A DNA stretch of 64,000 nucleotides from Nemertoderma westbladi (Eukaryota; Animalia; Xenacoelomorpha), in assembly GCA_032718475.1 (NCBI GenBank), contig JAUCBJ010007224.1, positions 62,001 to 126,000 on the forward strand, written 5' to 3'. Below the pieces are notes generated by a model. It saw only the letters and a list, made by a program, of their open reading frames with translations. It was not told where the DNA came from and searched no databases. A program made the translations under genes and the position numbers. Position 1 is the stretch's first letter. Every line of letters starts with the position of its first letter. This document shows positions 1 to 12,958 of the stretch, one piece after another.

Positions 1-593
1 CGAAGGAGACGTTGGTTGCCGACCCACAGCCAACCAGACCCTTCGAACACGCATCGACAGACCTATTCTCTCTCGCCGGCCGACACTACATTGTTTACAC
101 AGATTTATTATCTGGCTATCCACTCGTTGGTCAATGGCGTAATGACCCAACATCACAACAAGTCGTCAGCGTGTTACGGAAATGTTTCGTCGACTTAGGC
201 GTTCCAACCAAACTTCGAAGCGATGGAGGACCTCAATTCGCCGCATCCAACTTTAGGAAATTCCTGCAACGTTGGGGGGTCAAATGGGCGCCTAGTACGC
301 CGCATTTTCCGTCCAGTAACGGGCACGCGGAATGCCACGTAAAACTCATTAAAGGTCTATTGGCAAAAACGACAACCTCAGACATAAATTCTGAGGAATT
401 CCTCGAAGGTTTACTCGAGGTACGGAACACACCACACGTGGATGGTCGTTCACCAAGCCAGATCGTTTTTGGGCGCAACCTGCGATCGCGTGTACCAGCC
501 CATCACACTTCATTTGACCCGAAGTGGCAGCAGTCAGCCGAGACAGCTGACGCACGACACGAAACTATTCGCGAGAAAGCCGTCAAACACTAC
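1..593 (+). pseudogene. Gypsy-type integrase core fragment (runs off the left edge, interrupted at 594)
   Basis: ORF 12..689 contains rve motifs TDLF, LRSDGGPQF and PHFPSSNGHAE, followed by RNTP..G.SPSQIVFGR. Similarity ends at KHY, where TGTAAGGG starts an unrelated sequence. Confidence 0.85.
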
Positions 594-2640
594 TGTAAGG
601 GTCCAGTAGTATACCGCTTACCAGATCCTAGTAACGATGTATCTTACTATGAGACTCTAGTAATGTATACGGGCTTGTACAGTATCTGACAACAAATCCC
701 AGTCCAGGATATCTAAACAAACAGATATAGTACACAAACGACTACTGGCGAGGAACAGAGCCTTGTATCTATTCTATGTACGTGAGCGGGTCTAATGCCT
801 ACGTACTAGACAGAAGGATACCTGTCCTCTAACCGGTGAGGCAGATGTACAGTTACCGTAACAGACCAAACTCACGGGAAAACAATCCCCGCGCAGCGAA
901 TCCTAACTATCACTGACAGTCCTAAATACAGTAACTTGCCGCGGTGTGATTTATATGGTTTATATACGAACTAGGTGGTTAACAGACCTAGTGTAACAAT
1001 GCTGATCATCCCTGTCGAAATCAGCCTAAAGGTCGTGCCTAAATGTAACAATAACTGATCCCCCTGTACGAAATCAGTCTAAAGGGTCAGGCCTAAATGT
1101 AACAATACCGTTGTCCAGACAAACAACAGTTTAATAACGAAAGTGAAATACTCCTTATCTTGCCGCAATCAAATCAGATCCTAATTGTACGAATACAAAT
1201 AATTTCCTCCTAACGTAATGTATAGTACGCTATAGCTAGTAGAACTTTAAGGGCGATATGTTTTAGGGCGTGTGTGTGTGGGTGTGTTACAAATAAAACA
1301 ATTTCGGGTAATTCCTTTTACTAGGTTTTAGTGATTTTCTGACTAAAATGATACCGTGCGCTAGCTACTAAAATAAACTAGTCGCGTTTGTAGAACTTTA
1401 TACTCACGAATGACGTCAAAGCTCTCTCCTTCCTATCCACAACCCAATGGGCAACCACAGTGTTAGTAACTACACCCGTGATCGGCACTAATACCAGATT
1501 CTGGTTGTAAGATAAGAATAGGGGTTAATCGCTACCGTACGTTAGCTGATCTGGTATACTAATTTAATTCTAGAATTTTGTTGCTGCGGTAGTTAGCAGC
1601 AATACCTATCAGTACGTGGCAAGGCGCGGTAGGATATTAATAAACCTCCCTAGGCCAAGCAGTGTGCCGGTAGCAGAAATACTCCTTGCCTGATCAAATA
1701 GCTAACTCCAGACAAGGGGGGGGGGGGGGGGGTACTAATGTACGTTCTTCAAAGCGAACCGGTACCAAACAGTCAGTGCTATGAATCACTAAATTATGGA
1801 ACGTATGCTGTCCGTACCTAATATGTACTCGCGTACTGACGAATGGCAATAGTTCGCACCTGTAGGAAGTACAGGTTAACCCAGGGATTCGTAGGACTGA
1901 CAAGAGGGGGGGGGGGTTGTCTGGATATAATTATTTGATCCTAAATTTGCGGCGTCCAGTGCGGTGTCACGCTTACCCTGATCTATAGGTCTTACGGCGG
2001 GCAAGGGCGTCGAACAAAGTCTTACCTTTCTCACAAAGCGGGCGCTGCATAGCAAGTTGAGCATTTCGAAGGGGCAAAGGGGGTGCGCGGTCGATCCAAT
2101 GTGGGCGCTAGCGTGTTGTGGACATCCCTTCCCTGCGTTGCTTACGGCCTAACGGTCTAGGCTGCCATCTCCCTGGTGTTCGGCTGTCCCGAAGTCGGAC
2201 CAAAAGAAAACATGTCAGGAAATTGCAGTATATTTACAGTTTTAACAAAGGATTTATCAAACAAGTTTCAACAAGAAACCGAATTAACTAATTTTACAAA
2301 GTAAACTGATAGAGTAACGTTGTAAGCGAAGGGGGGTAGAAGTGTCGTACTAGGTGATAACCGAAGGCAAACCGGCCTTTTATACTAGAAATTGCACATG
2401 GAAACTAAACAAAATTTTCCACAGCTTCACAATTGAGCAATGAAGTACGTCGTGCCCTATGATTGGCCCAGCTCATCGTTCAACGCAGTCCGGCCCTTAC
2501 ACTAATCAGGGACATGGAATCCTAACAGAATTTTCCACTGCCTCACATTTGAGCAATAAGGTAATTTATGCCCTATGATTGGCCTGGCTCATTATCCGCT
2601 ACGTTGTACGCTTCTCATTGGCCTACCAATTAGCACCTAA
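594..2640 (-). mobile_element. Long LTR-like sequence inserted into the integrase; right boundary uncertain
   Basis: Starts abruptly with TGTAAGGG (minus-strand end ...CCCTTACA) and is non-coding. On the minus strand there is TATAAAAG at 2377-2384, preceded by CCAAT boxes near 2461, 2578 and 2618 in a duplicated block. Confidence 0.4.
2377..2625 (-). promoter_or_regulatory. TATA box plus three CCAAT boxes within a ~115-bp tandem duplication (U3-like promoter)
   Basis: CTTTTATA at 2377-2384 and ATTGG three times on the plus strand; 2395-2476 is imperfectly repeated at about 2512-2592. Confidence 0.45.
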
Positions 2641-2670
2641 ACGAAAATAAATGGCCCCAAAATACAAATT

Positions 2671-2740
2671 TCCCGACTGGGATTCGAACTCGTAACCTAC
2701 GTAATGTAACCAACGCCTTAACCATCTGACCACTACGCCA
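2671..2740 (-). ncRNA. tRNA-derived (SINE-head-like) sequence, not a functional tRNA
   Basis: Minus strand reads GGCGTAGTGGTCAGATGGTTAAGGCG...GAGTTCGAATCCCAGTCGGGA, with an A box and a B box at tRNA spacing; the cloverleaf is poor. Confidence 0.6.
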
Positions 2741-4626
2741 CGAGAGTACCTAAGGGTTTTATGTGTACAAATATAAATCGGCATATTACATTACTGTAAT
2801 TTAATCAAAATACGTCGGATTTTCAAAAGTTTTTACGTTAAAGTTAAACTACAAATGCTACCTTATAGTGAAATAATTCATCACCGCTCCATGAAAACAG
2901 TAAGTAAGACTGTTTTCACCAATCAAATATAAAATATCTACAAACTATTTCTAAATTTATTGGTAGGGCCTAAAATATAAAATATAATCACTATCTAATC
3001 ATTGCATACTTAATATTGCAGATACGGCGTAAATACAATCGATCGTACATACAAATACAAATTTACGAATTAACTTTAGTGCCTAAAATACAAAAAAGGC
3101 TTTCGGTTATCAATATAAGCAAATAAACAAATCAAAACAAATAATTCAAACAAATCAAACAAATAATCAAACTCTTTCGATAAATCTTTATATATTGTAA
3201 ATATTCGTAATAAACCTTCACCAAATTAAATCAGTTCAAATTTAATATAAACATAATGCGCTAATAACTTTCAAATGAGTCTTAAAAGTCCTCCTGACGA
3301 GCTAAAAGTTCGTCCTGCTGGTCTGGATATCTTCTCCTGAGCACCAATTGCTAACGGTAGGCTCGCAAGCCCTCCTTTCCATATCTCGCTCCTCCAAACC
3401 CAACATTCAAACATAATGTCCAATATAAATCGCTTGTGTCCTTCTGGGCTCCTCCCGGAGGCGCACCCATGAGGCGGACACTGTCCCACCACCCCTGGGG
3501 CCAGTCTGACTGATGTTATTATCAGACCGGGCCGGAGGGTGGCCCGATGCTTCCCGGGTTCTGTTTTCGGTCCCCCGATCACACCAGCACAGCTCGTCGA
3601 ACGTGTAGCCAGATGGTCGGCTACTGTCAACTTACTGTGGCCTGACTGTACATTGAGCCAACTCAAAGTATAACAAAGAGTCAACCGGCAGGTGGACCAG
3701 TCGATAGCGATCAAGCACCAAGGTCACCCCTGGGCCTAACCGACGGTCTTGTCCCAAGTGGGCTTGCGCTACCCAACATTGGAATTTTGACACGTTTTCA
3801 CCTGCCTCGCCGGCAGTATTGAGGGGAAATAAGTTCCGCAAACAATACTGACTAGCTCGAAAGCTAGGAACAAGTAACCACTTACCCGTCCTGTACACGT
3901 GTACTCAACAGATGTTCACGAAATCAAGTACACTACGGTAAACACAAAATCTGACACATACCATGCACACACAGATGACATAATCGGGTAAGGACAAAAT
4001 CGGGGTCAAAATCGAGAAAGACAAAATCAGAGGGGACAAATTGTATCGATCGGCGGCAAATCGAGAGTACCTTATTTTGCCGTCAGGGCAAAATAACTTT
4101 GTGTGCACAAAGTATGCTGGGGCGCAGTAAAATATGGTCCTACTAATACCAGCGGCGTCTTGTCCAACTGGCAAGGGTTCCCATACCCACTCGCAGTGGC
4201 CACACATACAATCACGTGTACTCACGTACCCACAGCAACAGAAAGCTCAAAGACCCGAACAAATCCCGAAGACCAATCAGCTGAACATGGAGACAATAAC
4301 ATATAGTATCAAAAAAACGGAACAGCTGATGGCCAAAGGAACCCATCCAAGCCCCAAGCAAGCTGCCACTGGTTTCTCACATACAAATCATAGTTCATAC
4401 CACATGAGCCACAAATCACGCCATGCCACCACCCCTACTGTGTACAGGACTGGCAGTACGGCAACAGGCCGACTAGATGGTACCACGGCACCATGTCGAT
4501 CCATGGTTCGTTAGACACGAGGGCCTTCAGTGACTCCCTAGCACTATATTATGATTTAACGTGCCCCCAGACTCTCACGAGTCCGCCGCCACCTGCTTTG
4601 GACACCCCTATAGAGACCTCACCTCT

Positions 4627-6615
4627 TTAGGCATCCAAATAAAATATCCAAATAGAACATCCAAATATAATATCCAAATATAATATCCAAATCGGTAGGC
4701 TCGCAAGCCTTCCTTCCACTCGCTTCCTATTCCTTCGCTGAGCGGGCTCGTCCACGTCCTCTAGTGCGATTGGGTGGTGGTCGAGGTCGAACGGGCTCGG
4801 ACTTCGGCGTCGAGTCGTCGGTGGTTCCAAAACGCTAGGAAAGGGGACGACGGGAGTTTCGCACATCCGTCGTGCGCTCAATCCTCTAAATCCTCGTCCG
4901 ATTCCAACTGTCGATTTAATATCGGATCGAGTTTCTACAACGCTAGGAGGAAGTCGAAAGGGTAGGACTGTTCCGTCCGTTGACACCTCGCTCTCTGACG
5001 TCGTTTGAATCCTAATGGGTTCAGTCAAAGCGTATCCTGTCCCTCCGCGTGGTTCTCTAGCAAGGGAAACCGTGCCCCGAGTCATCCGGATTTGCGACTT
5101 CGATGTCGTCCTCTCGGCGACATTCACTATCTTCTTGATCTCTTGTCCGGCCTTCTGGGCTTTGAGTATACGAAATTGCTGATCATCCTGTGGGTGACGC
5201 GTCTTCTCCGCTAACGGCGTGGCCTTGAAGCCAGTCTCACGCAAAACGTCGGTCTCGTCCAGAATGCACGAGGTTACGCGTTTGTGATAAAATGCGCTCC
5301 GGTATGCCCAAGCTATCGAATGCCAGGCTCCTCGATTCCGCTGTTCAACTCGCAGTTTATCGAATTCTCCGGCGGTAATCTTGTTCACCACAGTTTGAAA
5401 GTTCCAAGTATTCTTGTTGTCGGGGTGTACTTGTAAGAAATAATCCCGCACAACCTTGAATCCACTGTCCAACGGCAATATATCCAATACCTCCAACAAT
5501 TCATCGTACTGAGGCATAGCCGATACATATCCTTCCTTTGACATTATGAGAGGGTTTACGGCCCAAAATCCCAAATGTGCTCTCATAGGGAAGCGGCGTC
5601 GCTGCGTCGATACATGCTCGTCTGCTAGATCCTCCCAATGGTCGAATAATTGTCGAACGATTTTAACTGACATGTGCTCATAGGGGACGTCTCTAAGTTG
5701 ACATTCCGATGCCCTATGGCCCTTAATATTACAATAAGTACACTGCGCCACGAAACGCCAGCAAGTGTAGAAAGTGTGCGAACGTTGATCCCCGCACCAG
5801 TTGCATACTAAATCCGGTAGAGATATGTGCTTCGCTCCGCACTTCTTTGCGTGATGGCCAGTTGCTCCACATCTGCCACAAATAGTGTTGGCAGGATACC
5901 AAACTCGCTCATAGATGAGGTCTCCGATGGGGCGAGCGCTACCGTCCACGTGATAATTCTCATCATCCGGGTCAGTCGGTATGTTCGTCTCCGTAGGTTG
6001 TACACAAACCATGGCATCGCTTTTCTCTAACTCGCGTATCTCAGTTCGCGTCTTCCTTGGAAGGTTCTCTTCTATTTCTATGAGTTGCCGTAACGGTTCG
6101 TCTATTAGCGCCAACTCGGTCGGATCCACATCGTCATGATGGGCGGTAGGCTCGCGAGCCTTCCAGGATCCTTCCGGGCGTTCGAATTCCGCGTGGCGTT
6201 CCCCGTCATAGGGTACTAACGTTAACATCGACGGTCTGTCGACTAGACTTCCCGCGTGAGTGAGATAGACGTCCCTGAAAACGCTAAGTCCCGCTCGCGT
6301 GAAAACTTCGCAGTGCGCATCGGTGTTATAAAAGGGTTGGAGAAATCGTCGGAATACATCAGTATGCGTCCTTCCTCCATCGTAAAAGGTATGTCCTTCG
6401 CCAAGACATAACGGGTGTCGCTTTAAGGTTCTGGATACTACGTCCGCGATGAAACAAACGTTAACCGAAGATTCTATCGCTAAATAATATTGCAAGATTA
6501 TCCGCGGAGGTGAAGTAATGGCCCAATACACGCAACCTCGCCACTTCAACTGTGACTCGAACTCGTTTACGCCGGGGGTATCTCCCTCTCCGTATACGCG
6601 GGGTTTTAGCGTCAA
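4627..6615 (-). CDS. Uncharacterised protein with three CCHC zinc knuckles (gag/ORF1-like); N-terminus probably truncated
   Basis: 662-aa open frame with CGRCGATGHHAKKC, CNWCGDQRSHTFYTC and CTYCNIKGHRASEC. It has a non-ATG start, its C-terminus runs into a 13-bp tandem repeat (4633-4692), and a decayed paralog lies at 56555-57960. Confidence 0.65.
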   Translation of the reverse strand: MTLKPRVYGEGDTPGVNEFESQLKWRGCVYWAITSPPRIILQYYLAIESSVNVCFIADVVSRTLKRHPLCLGEGHTFYDGGRTHTDVFRRFLQPFYNTDAHCEVFTRAGLSVFRDVYLTHAGSLVDRPSMLTLVPYDGERHAEFERPEGSWKAREPTAHHDDVDPTELALIDEPLRQLIEIEENLPRKTRTEIRELEKSDAMVCVQPTETNIPTDPDDENYHVDGSARPIGDLIYERVWYPANTICGRCGATGHHAKKCGAKHISLPDLVCNWCGDQRSHTFYTCWRFVAQCTYCNIKGHRASECQLRDVPYEHMSVKIVRQLFDHWEDLADEHVSTQRRRFPMRAHLGFWAVNPLIMSKEGYVSAMPQYDELLEVLDILPLDSGFKVVRDYFLQVHPDNKNTWNFQTVVNKITAGEFDKLRVEQRNRGAWHSIAWAYRSAFYHKRVTSCILDETDVLRETGFKATPLAEKTRHPQDDQQFRILKAQKAGQEIKKIVNVAERTTSKSQIRMTRGTVSLAREPRGGTGYALTEPIRIQTTSESEVSTDGTVLPFRLPPSVVETRSDIKSTVGIGRGFRGLSARRMCETPVVPFPSVLEPPTTRRRSPSPFDLDHHPIALEDVDEPAQRRNRKRVEGRLASLPIWILYLDIIFGCSIWIFYLDA

Positions 6616-8079
6616 TTTAGCAGTTGAGAAGCTAAAACTAGCTGAGAGTAGCGGGATTTTAGCACCAATTTAATCACTAAATATATAAGTAAATAGCGGT
6701 GTTCTAGCGACTAAGGGAAGGTGGACGGAGACGTGGGGGGGGGGGGACGGGGGGGGGGGGGGGGGGGGAGTTGTACTTGACACAAACCCCATCTCGGCGA
6801 ATTAATATCTCGTCTCATTGTTAAATAATTATTGATAGGACTAAATATGAATTTTGGTTGCCGTCAGCAACCACTCCCCCCCCCCCCCCCCCTTTTTTTT
6901 CTGGATGGATGAGGCCATGTGTACAGTATTCCTCCATAACATATGTACAAACATACCCCAGGAAGCAGAAGACATTCGCCAAAGATATTGAACATTGACA
7001 TATGGTTACTTATTCAGTTTTCACCCATGATGTAATAATCTACAGTATGAGACAATGTTTAGATTACAGTAGGTACAACATGCCGACATTACCAATTAGC
7101 CAATTTGAAATTTTAAAATAATGTAATAATTTTAATCACTAGTTGAACGAAATTAAATATGAACCAACACATTCAATAATGATCGTTCACGTTTCATTCA
7201 GTTTTACGTCCATTTATTTATATCAACAATACAGTCAGTACCTAAAATATGAACGATCATGGCACGATGTTTTAATTTTTATAAACTTTCACAAGTATAC
7301 CATAATTGAAGCCATCCCGATGACGTTTTTGATAATTAAAATGATTTACAACATTAACAAACTAACAACACCTACTAACCAACACATACTAACAACATTA
7401 AGCACTTCGCAATTATAACACTTTTGATATTGCCCCGGATACATACTGTAATACAGTAGAATAAGATAAAAAATTTATACAGTAGGCCTACATGCAGTGC
7501 TACAATATCTCAGGTTACAGTTGAAATACAGTAGTACAGACAATATGTACTGTATTTTAAATTTTCATTTGTACATTTTTGCAGTGAACAAAAAAAAATA
7601 TTCAACTGTCAAAAATTAAACGGCATTTACATAAACTACCAACCCCAACCCCCCGACACTACCTCAATTTGCAGAAAACTGAAATTATTGGATAGATATA
7701 TGGTTTCTTGTCTTCGAATAATCGATTAGAAACAGTTTACAATTTATTATTTTTAATAAATTATAATTATGAATTATCTAATATGGTTGTAAATAAGATC
7801 AAATATATAGATTTTAAAAATCGAATTAATATTTTTTGGTGATCGCTTAAAGTTATATAGGATACTCCTAAGTCTTAATGCATTATATATTCTCTTATTA
7901 TACTCAAACGATTACATCTCAGTTTGTATAGAGTATTGTAGGTGTAGGGCCGTAGGGTGTAGGCATAGGGTAGGTAAGGTAGGCTAACCACTCCAGCCCC
8001 CCCCCCCCCCCTCCCCTCCTCTCTCCACAGAGTATGCACAAGGAACGCCATGTGATTGGACAAAGCGAATTTTTTTTAA

Positions 8080-8289
8080 CCTGGGCAGCTACAAATGCCG
8101 CTAAATCCACGCTAAAGTGCCGCTAAGGAACCGCTAAAAACCGGATAATTATCCCGCTAAAAACACCGCTATAGCGGGGACCACTTTTACGGCGATTATC
8201 CGGATATTATCTTATAAAAATAGCGGGATATTAGCAGGATGGTACATCCCGCTATTAGCGTGCTAATCGCTGGATATGTATTTGCTGGG
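8080..8289. mobile_element. One end of a DNA transposon or MITE with CCGCTA/TAGCGG subterminal repeats
   Basis: Many (C)CGCTA motifs in both orientations, ending in TTTGCTGGG (minus strand CCCAGCAAA). Similar motifs occur at 6601-6715. No partner TIR found. Confidence 0.35.
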
Positions 8290-8636
8290 TAGGCCTTGCG
8301 GTTTGTTAGTTTAGTTATAGTATAATAAGTATCAAATATATTACGTGCTGCTGTACAGTAAACGCGGCTTTGCGTTATTGAATTACAGACTTACAGAATT
8401 TTTATTGAATTATATTTAACGTGCGATTGGAAATAAGTTCGTGCTACCCTTCCGTGGGTGGTAGATGTCGCGGTTATGTATTGGTGGTTGGGAAGGGTGG
8501 GGGGGGGGGGGGGGGGGGATTAAAAGGGGTGAACACGTACTGTCCCCCTTTCTTTGATTGATTGGTGGTGTGGGTAAATTTCTCAAAACCTGATTTTGTG
8601 ATACAGTCGCTCAATTTTAATTTGTATCTAATAACT

Positions 8637-8678
8637 GGGCCTCGTGCTGCGCGAAGGCCCCACGAACGTGTCTCCTAG
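8637..8678 (+). mobile_element. Helitron-like 3' terminus (GC hairpin followed by CTAG)
   Basis: GGGCCTCGTGCTGCGCGAAGGCCC hairpin at 8637-8660, a 14-nt spacer, then CTAG at 8675-8678 followed by T. Confidence 0.5.
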
Positions 8679-10844
8679 TGGACCATCGAATCCTTTGACA
8701 ATCAGTGAATAACTACTACCCACAGCCGCACACAGCCAACTACTACCCCCATCTCTCTCTCTCTCTCACAAACTCAGCTGTCCTACCAAACTAATGTGTC
8801 TATACTATCTCCCTATAGAACCTGTTGTATTACATCTAACCAATATTAGTTAACTTATCTACCTTCATGAAGGGCCTATGATTTCGATGGTTACACCAAA
8901 TAATTCCACTCTGCTACTAATGACTCACCAGCAGATATCTTTTCCAGCGGCCTTCATTGATTGGCTAAATTCTTGGCTATCATTTGGTTACATGTTCTGC
9001 CTGTGCCGCCTATTAGCAAACCAACAACAATATCCTGTACATTATTACTGTTCTGGGTTTGCGTATTGCATTATTTTATATATAGCTAATCTGCTAATGG
9101 CCTCAATGTGTAGATCGATGCGCGATCGGACCACTTCTCTTCATATTTGTTTAGGCCTAAGGCAGCAACCCAGGTAGCATACTGTAACCCCATTTATATT
9201 TATTTATATTAATTAATTGCTTTGATTTTAGGTGTAAGCGTAAGTACTTTGTAAACTTAGGCCTGTCTACCTGTCACATAGGCCTGTCTTTTTATATGCC
9301 TGTATAGTAAAATTCTGAGAATATATGATCAGGTGATATAAACTGATTATTAATTCGAATTTGATTAATTCACTGCACTCTGGTGTTACCACAGGACCAA
9401 GTTTGTGTGCTACCCACCACTCCCAAATAGACAATTGACAAACTTTCATAGAGTTGCCTCAAATAAAGGTCCTTGACACAATCAAAGGTGCAAAGTTCAT
9501 CACGACATTGAAAAAGTGCTGTAGGCCAATCCGATCTAGAGGTACCACCAGCCTGCCAGCGGTACCGGTACATTTCGCCATAATCAAGTACCGGTAATCC
9601 AGAAATATAATACAGTAATATCGGAATATGAAAATCAGTCTAAAAACACTGACTGTATGTACTGCTGTATGCTACTGCTACGCTACACACTCTGATACTA
9701 GGACTATAATAATACAGTACAGCAGTATCTGTACCGGCTGACCGGTAATGGTAATACCTAATAGCAGTATACTGGTATAGCCTACCTGTAGCAATAGCAG
9801 TTGCAGTATAGTGCCTGTCAGCCTGTAGGCTTGTGTTTGTTGAGCTGATTGAAGAGTCCCCATATGTGATAGAGCCTGTCACTTCTATGCTATATCAGTT
9901 CAGTACATGGTAGGCCAATAATTAGGCTGTTAGGCCACCAGTATTGGTTCTAGTACAGTACAGTCTTAGTACAGCTACCTCCTACTGCATACTGTATTTC
10001 AGATACTCTCATCCCGGTTTCACAACTACTACTAGGATCGGCATGCTGCATTACAGCTGCATTTTTAAGAATGCTGTGCTGGCTTGACAACACTACTGCC
10101 ACTAAATGTGGAATGCCACAGTACTGGTTCTGCTACTGCAGTACCTACAAAATCTATATATATAATTATATCAATCAAGAGATTAAATAATGTTTTTATA
10201 ATCTGAGGCGAATCGGAGCAGCACTTAAGCTGCTTAGCGATAGTCCAGGCATTATTAAAAAAAAGGGTTGAAAAACCAATACGAATAAAAAAAGGCAATT
10301 AAAAACTGGTATTGAAGAACGGCAATTAAAATCTGATATTGAAGAAAAAGAAACAGTAGTAAAAAACAGTAAGAAAAAGGCAAATAAATCATGGTAATTA
10401 AAAAGGAAAGTCAAAACTTTTATAGGCAATAAAGAAAAAATGAATAGTAAAAACCAGGTAAAAAAAAGGCATTTAAAAACTGGTAATAAAATAAGAATGT
10501 AAAAACTAATAATAAAGAAATGGGAAGAAAACCAGTAAGAAAAAACGGCAAGTAAAGTCTGGTAGGCCTAATAAAAAAGGAAAGTAAAAACTGGAAATTT
10601 GTAATAGAAAAGGAAAGTAAAAACTGATAGATTGCTCAACCACTGATACCTTCTTGGTTTGGCTGCTGGTTCCTATTGCTACTTCGATCTTTCTATCTAA
10701 ACCATGTACCTGTACTTCACACATTCATTTAAGTCTCTTTGGGTTGTGAACTCATAACTCAGTTCTACCCGGAAGTTACTGGTATGATTTCTTGTAGTTC
10801 AATTTTAATTTTAATAGCGCTCATAGTATAGTACTTTCACACTC

Positions 10845-11125
10845 GAGAATAACGTTCCGTGGTCCGAAAGCTAGCGCAGCGAGATCTCCAACGGCATCCC
10901 GGAGTTCATTATGCCGCTGGATTACCAGGCCCCCCTTCTTGCAGTTGAGGCCGTGGTTTAGGTCAAAGCCTGAATGAACCACAGCCGTCACAGCGACTTG
11001 GGACCCTCACCAGCGGCCTACCGTACCGGATGGCTAGCATGTCCCTGAATTCCTGGGGAGACAGGTCAAACTGGTGTTCCGCCAATGGGACGGACGAAAG
11101 CCATGTCTTCATCTCGGTCAGTTAA
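10845..11125 (-). pseudogene. Remnant of a CRE/NeSL-type (RLE) non-LTR retrotransposon C-terminal region
   Basis: My manual translation gives WLSSVPLAEHQFDLSPQEFRDMLAIRYG..RCDGCG...[13 protein letters not shown] (zinc knuckle plus RHN motif), with a frameshift or stop. Confidence 0.7.
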
Positions 11126-11567
11126 AGGAACAAAATAACAAATCTACACAGATCAGAAATAGTGCTGTCAGTTGAGTAGTAAGGATATTTCTGAGCTTCT
11201 TTTAGGACAAAAATTGCCAGTGTACCGGTATATACATTAGTTAATTCGTCACCTGATGCTAACTTTTCTCTTCATGCTGGTACCGGCAGACATGGCTATT
11301 AAGTTATCTCTCTAATCGTTGCAGATTTGTTGCATATATGATCCATTCCACAGGAAATGACTGACAAACAACTAATACATAATGTAACTGACATTTGTTT
11401 CAAACAAATGCCAGTTACATTATGTATTCAGTACATTGTGTCAGTCATGTTGCGTCGTTATGGCAAACCCCGCCATCGGTGTAAAGTGTAAAGCTAAATG
11501 AGTAAATCTAAATAAGAACAAAATGTCCGTTAAATTGTGCACTGGAATACAGTGGCTGAATTCGGCC

Positions 11568-12500
11568 AAAATTAATTATATTATGGAAACACGTTTTTGG
11601 TGATGTTGTAAAATTAATTGTATTATGAAAACCGTTTTTGGATGAACTTACAAAATTAGTTATATTATGAAAACACGTTTTTGGTTGAACTGGCAAAATT
11701 AATTATATTATGAAAATACGTTTTTGGATGAACTTGCAAAATTAATTATATTATGAAAACACGTTTTTGGAAGAACTTACAAAATTAATTATATTATGAA
11801 AACACGTTTTTGGATGAACTTACAAAATTAGTTATATTATGAAAACACGTTTTTGGTTGAACTGGCAAAATTAATTATATTATGAAAACACGTTTTTGGA
11901 TGAACTTGCAAAATTAATTATATTATGAAAACACGTTTTTGGAAGAACTTACAAAATTAATTATATTATGAAAACACGTTTTTGGCTGAACTGGCAAAAT
12001 TAACTATATTATGAAAACACGTTTTTGGATGAACTTGCAAAATTAATTATATTATGAAAACACGTTTTTGGATGAACTTACAAAATTAATTATATTATGA
12101 AAACACGTTTTTGGCTGAACTGGCAAAATTAATTATATTATGAAAACACGTTTTTGGTTGAACTGGCAAAATTAATTATATTATGAAAACACGTTTTTGG
12201 ATGAACTTGCAAAATTGATTATATTATGAAAACACGTTTTTGGAAGAACTTACAAAATTAATTATATTATGAAAACACGTTTTTGGCTGAACTGGCAAAA
12301 TTAACTATATTATGAAAACACGTTTTTGGATGAACTTGCAAAATTAATTATATTATGAAAACACGTTTTTGGATGAACTTACAAAATTAATTATATTATG
12401 AAAACACGTTTTTGGCTGAACTGGCAAAATTAATTATATTATGAAAACACGTTTTTGGATAAATTTGGAAAATTTATTATATTATGAAAACACGTTTTTG
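11568..12500. repeat. 43-bp tandem minisatellite, ~22 copies
   Basis: Unit AAAATTAATTATATTATGAAAACACGTTTTTGG plus a 10-nt variable part (ATGAACTTAC, TTGAACTGGC, ATGAACTTGC, AAGAACTTAC or CTGAACTGGC). Confidence 0.95.
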
Positions 12501-12513
12501 TTGTTGCTTATTT

Positions 12514-12958
12514 TACATATTGGGGGGGGGGGGGGGGGGGGTGTTGAGGCATGGAGGGGAATTCAAATATGTACTGCTACTCATTCGCCAATTATGTAAT
12601 TCCTGCATACATGGTTATGGACCGGTAATGCAGTCGATTCAATAGAGGCCTACCAGCCTACTGCAGTACTGTTGTGCCTAGCATTGTATTGTAGTATGCC
12701 TACCGGCTACATAGCTATGATAACCTAGGCCTATTGGTCTAGACAGGTTTTGTTAGATACAGCTAGGCCTACTACAGTACTATGAATGGCTCTGTCTCAC
12801 GCCCCACTGTCCTACTGCAGTAGCCTACTAACTGGCCTGCACACTTCAGCACTTGCAGGAAATATATCAATGGCGAATGAGTAGCAGTACATATTTGAAT
12901 TCCCCTCCATGCCCCAACGCCCCCCCCCCCCCCCCCCCCCCCACACCTCCAATATGTA
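12514..12958. mobile_element. MITE/foldback with ~95-bp inverted arms containing poly-G/poly-C
   Basis: 12514-12607 (TACATATTGG..G-run..GGCATGGAGGGGAATTCAAATATGTACTGCTACTCATTCGCCA) is the reverse complement of about 12855-12958. Confidence 0.75.

Noticed and set aside
2671-2740. Functional tRNA gene
   Set aside because: The acceptor and anticodon stems do not pair properly; kept only as tRNA-derived.
3271-4514. Cluster of short ORFs
   Set aside because: No recognisable motifs or consistent frame.
11568-12500. CRISPR-like appearance (constant 33 bp plus variable 10 bp)
   Set aside because: The variable parts are short, mutually related and recurrent; there are no cas genes and the context is eukaryotic.
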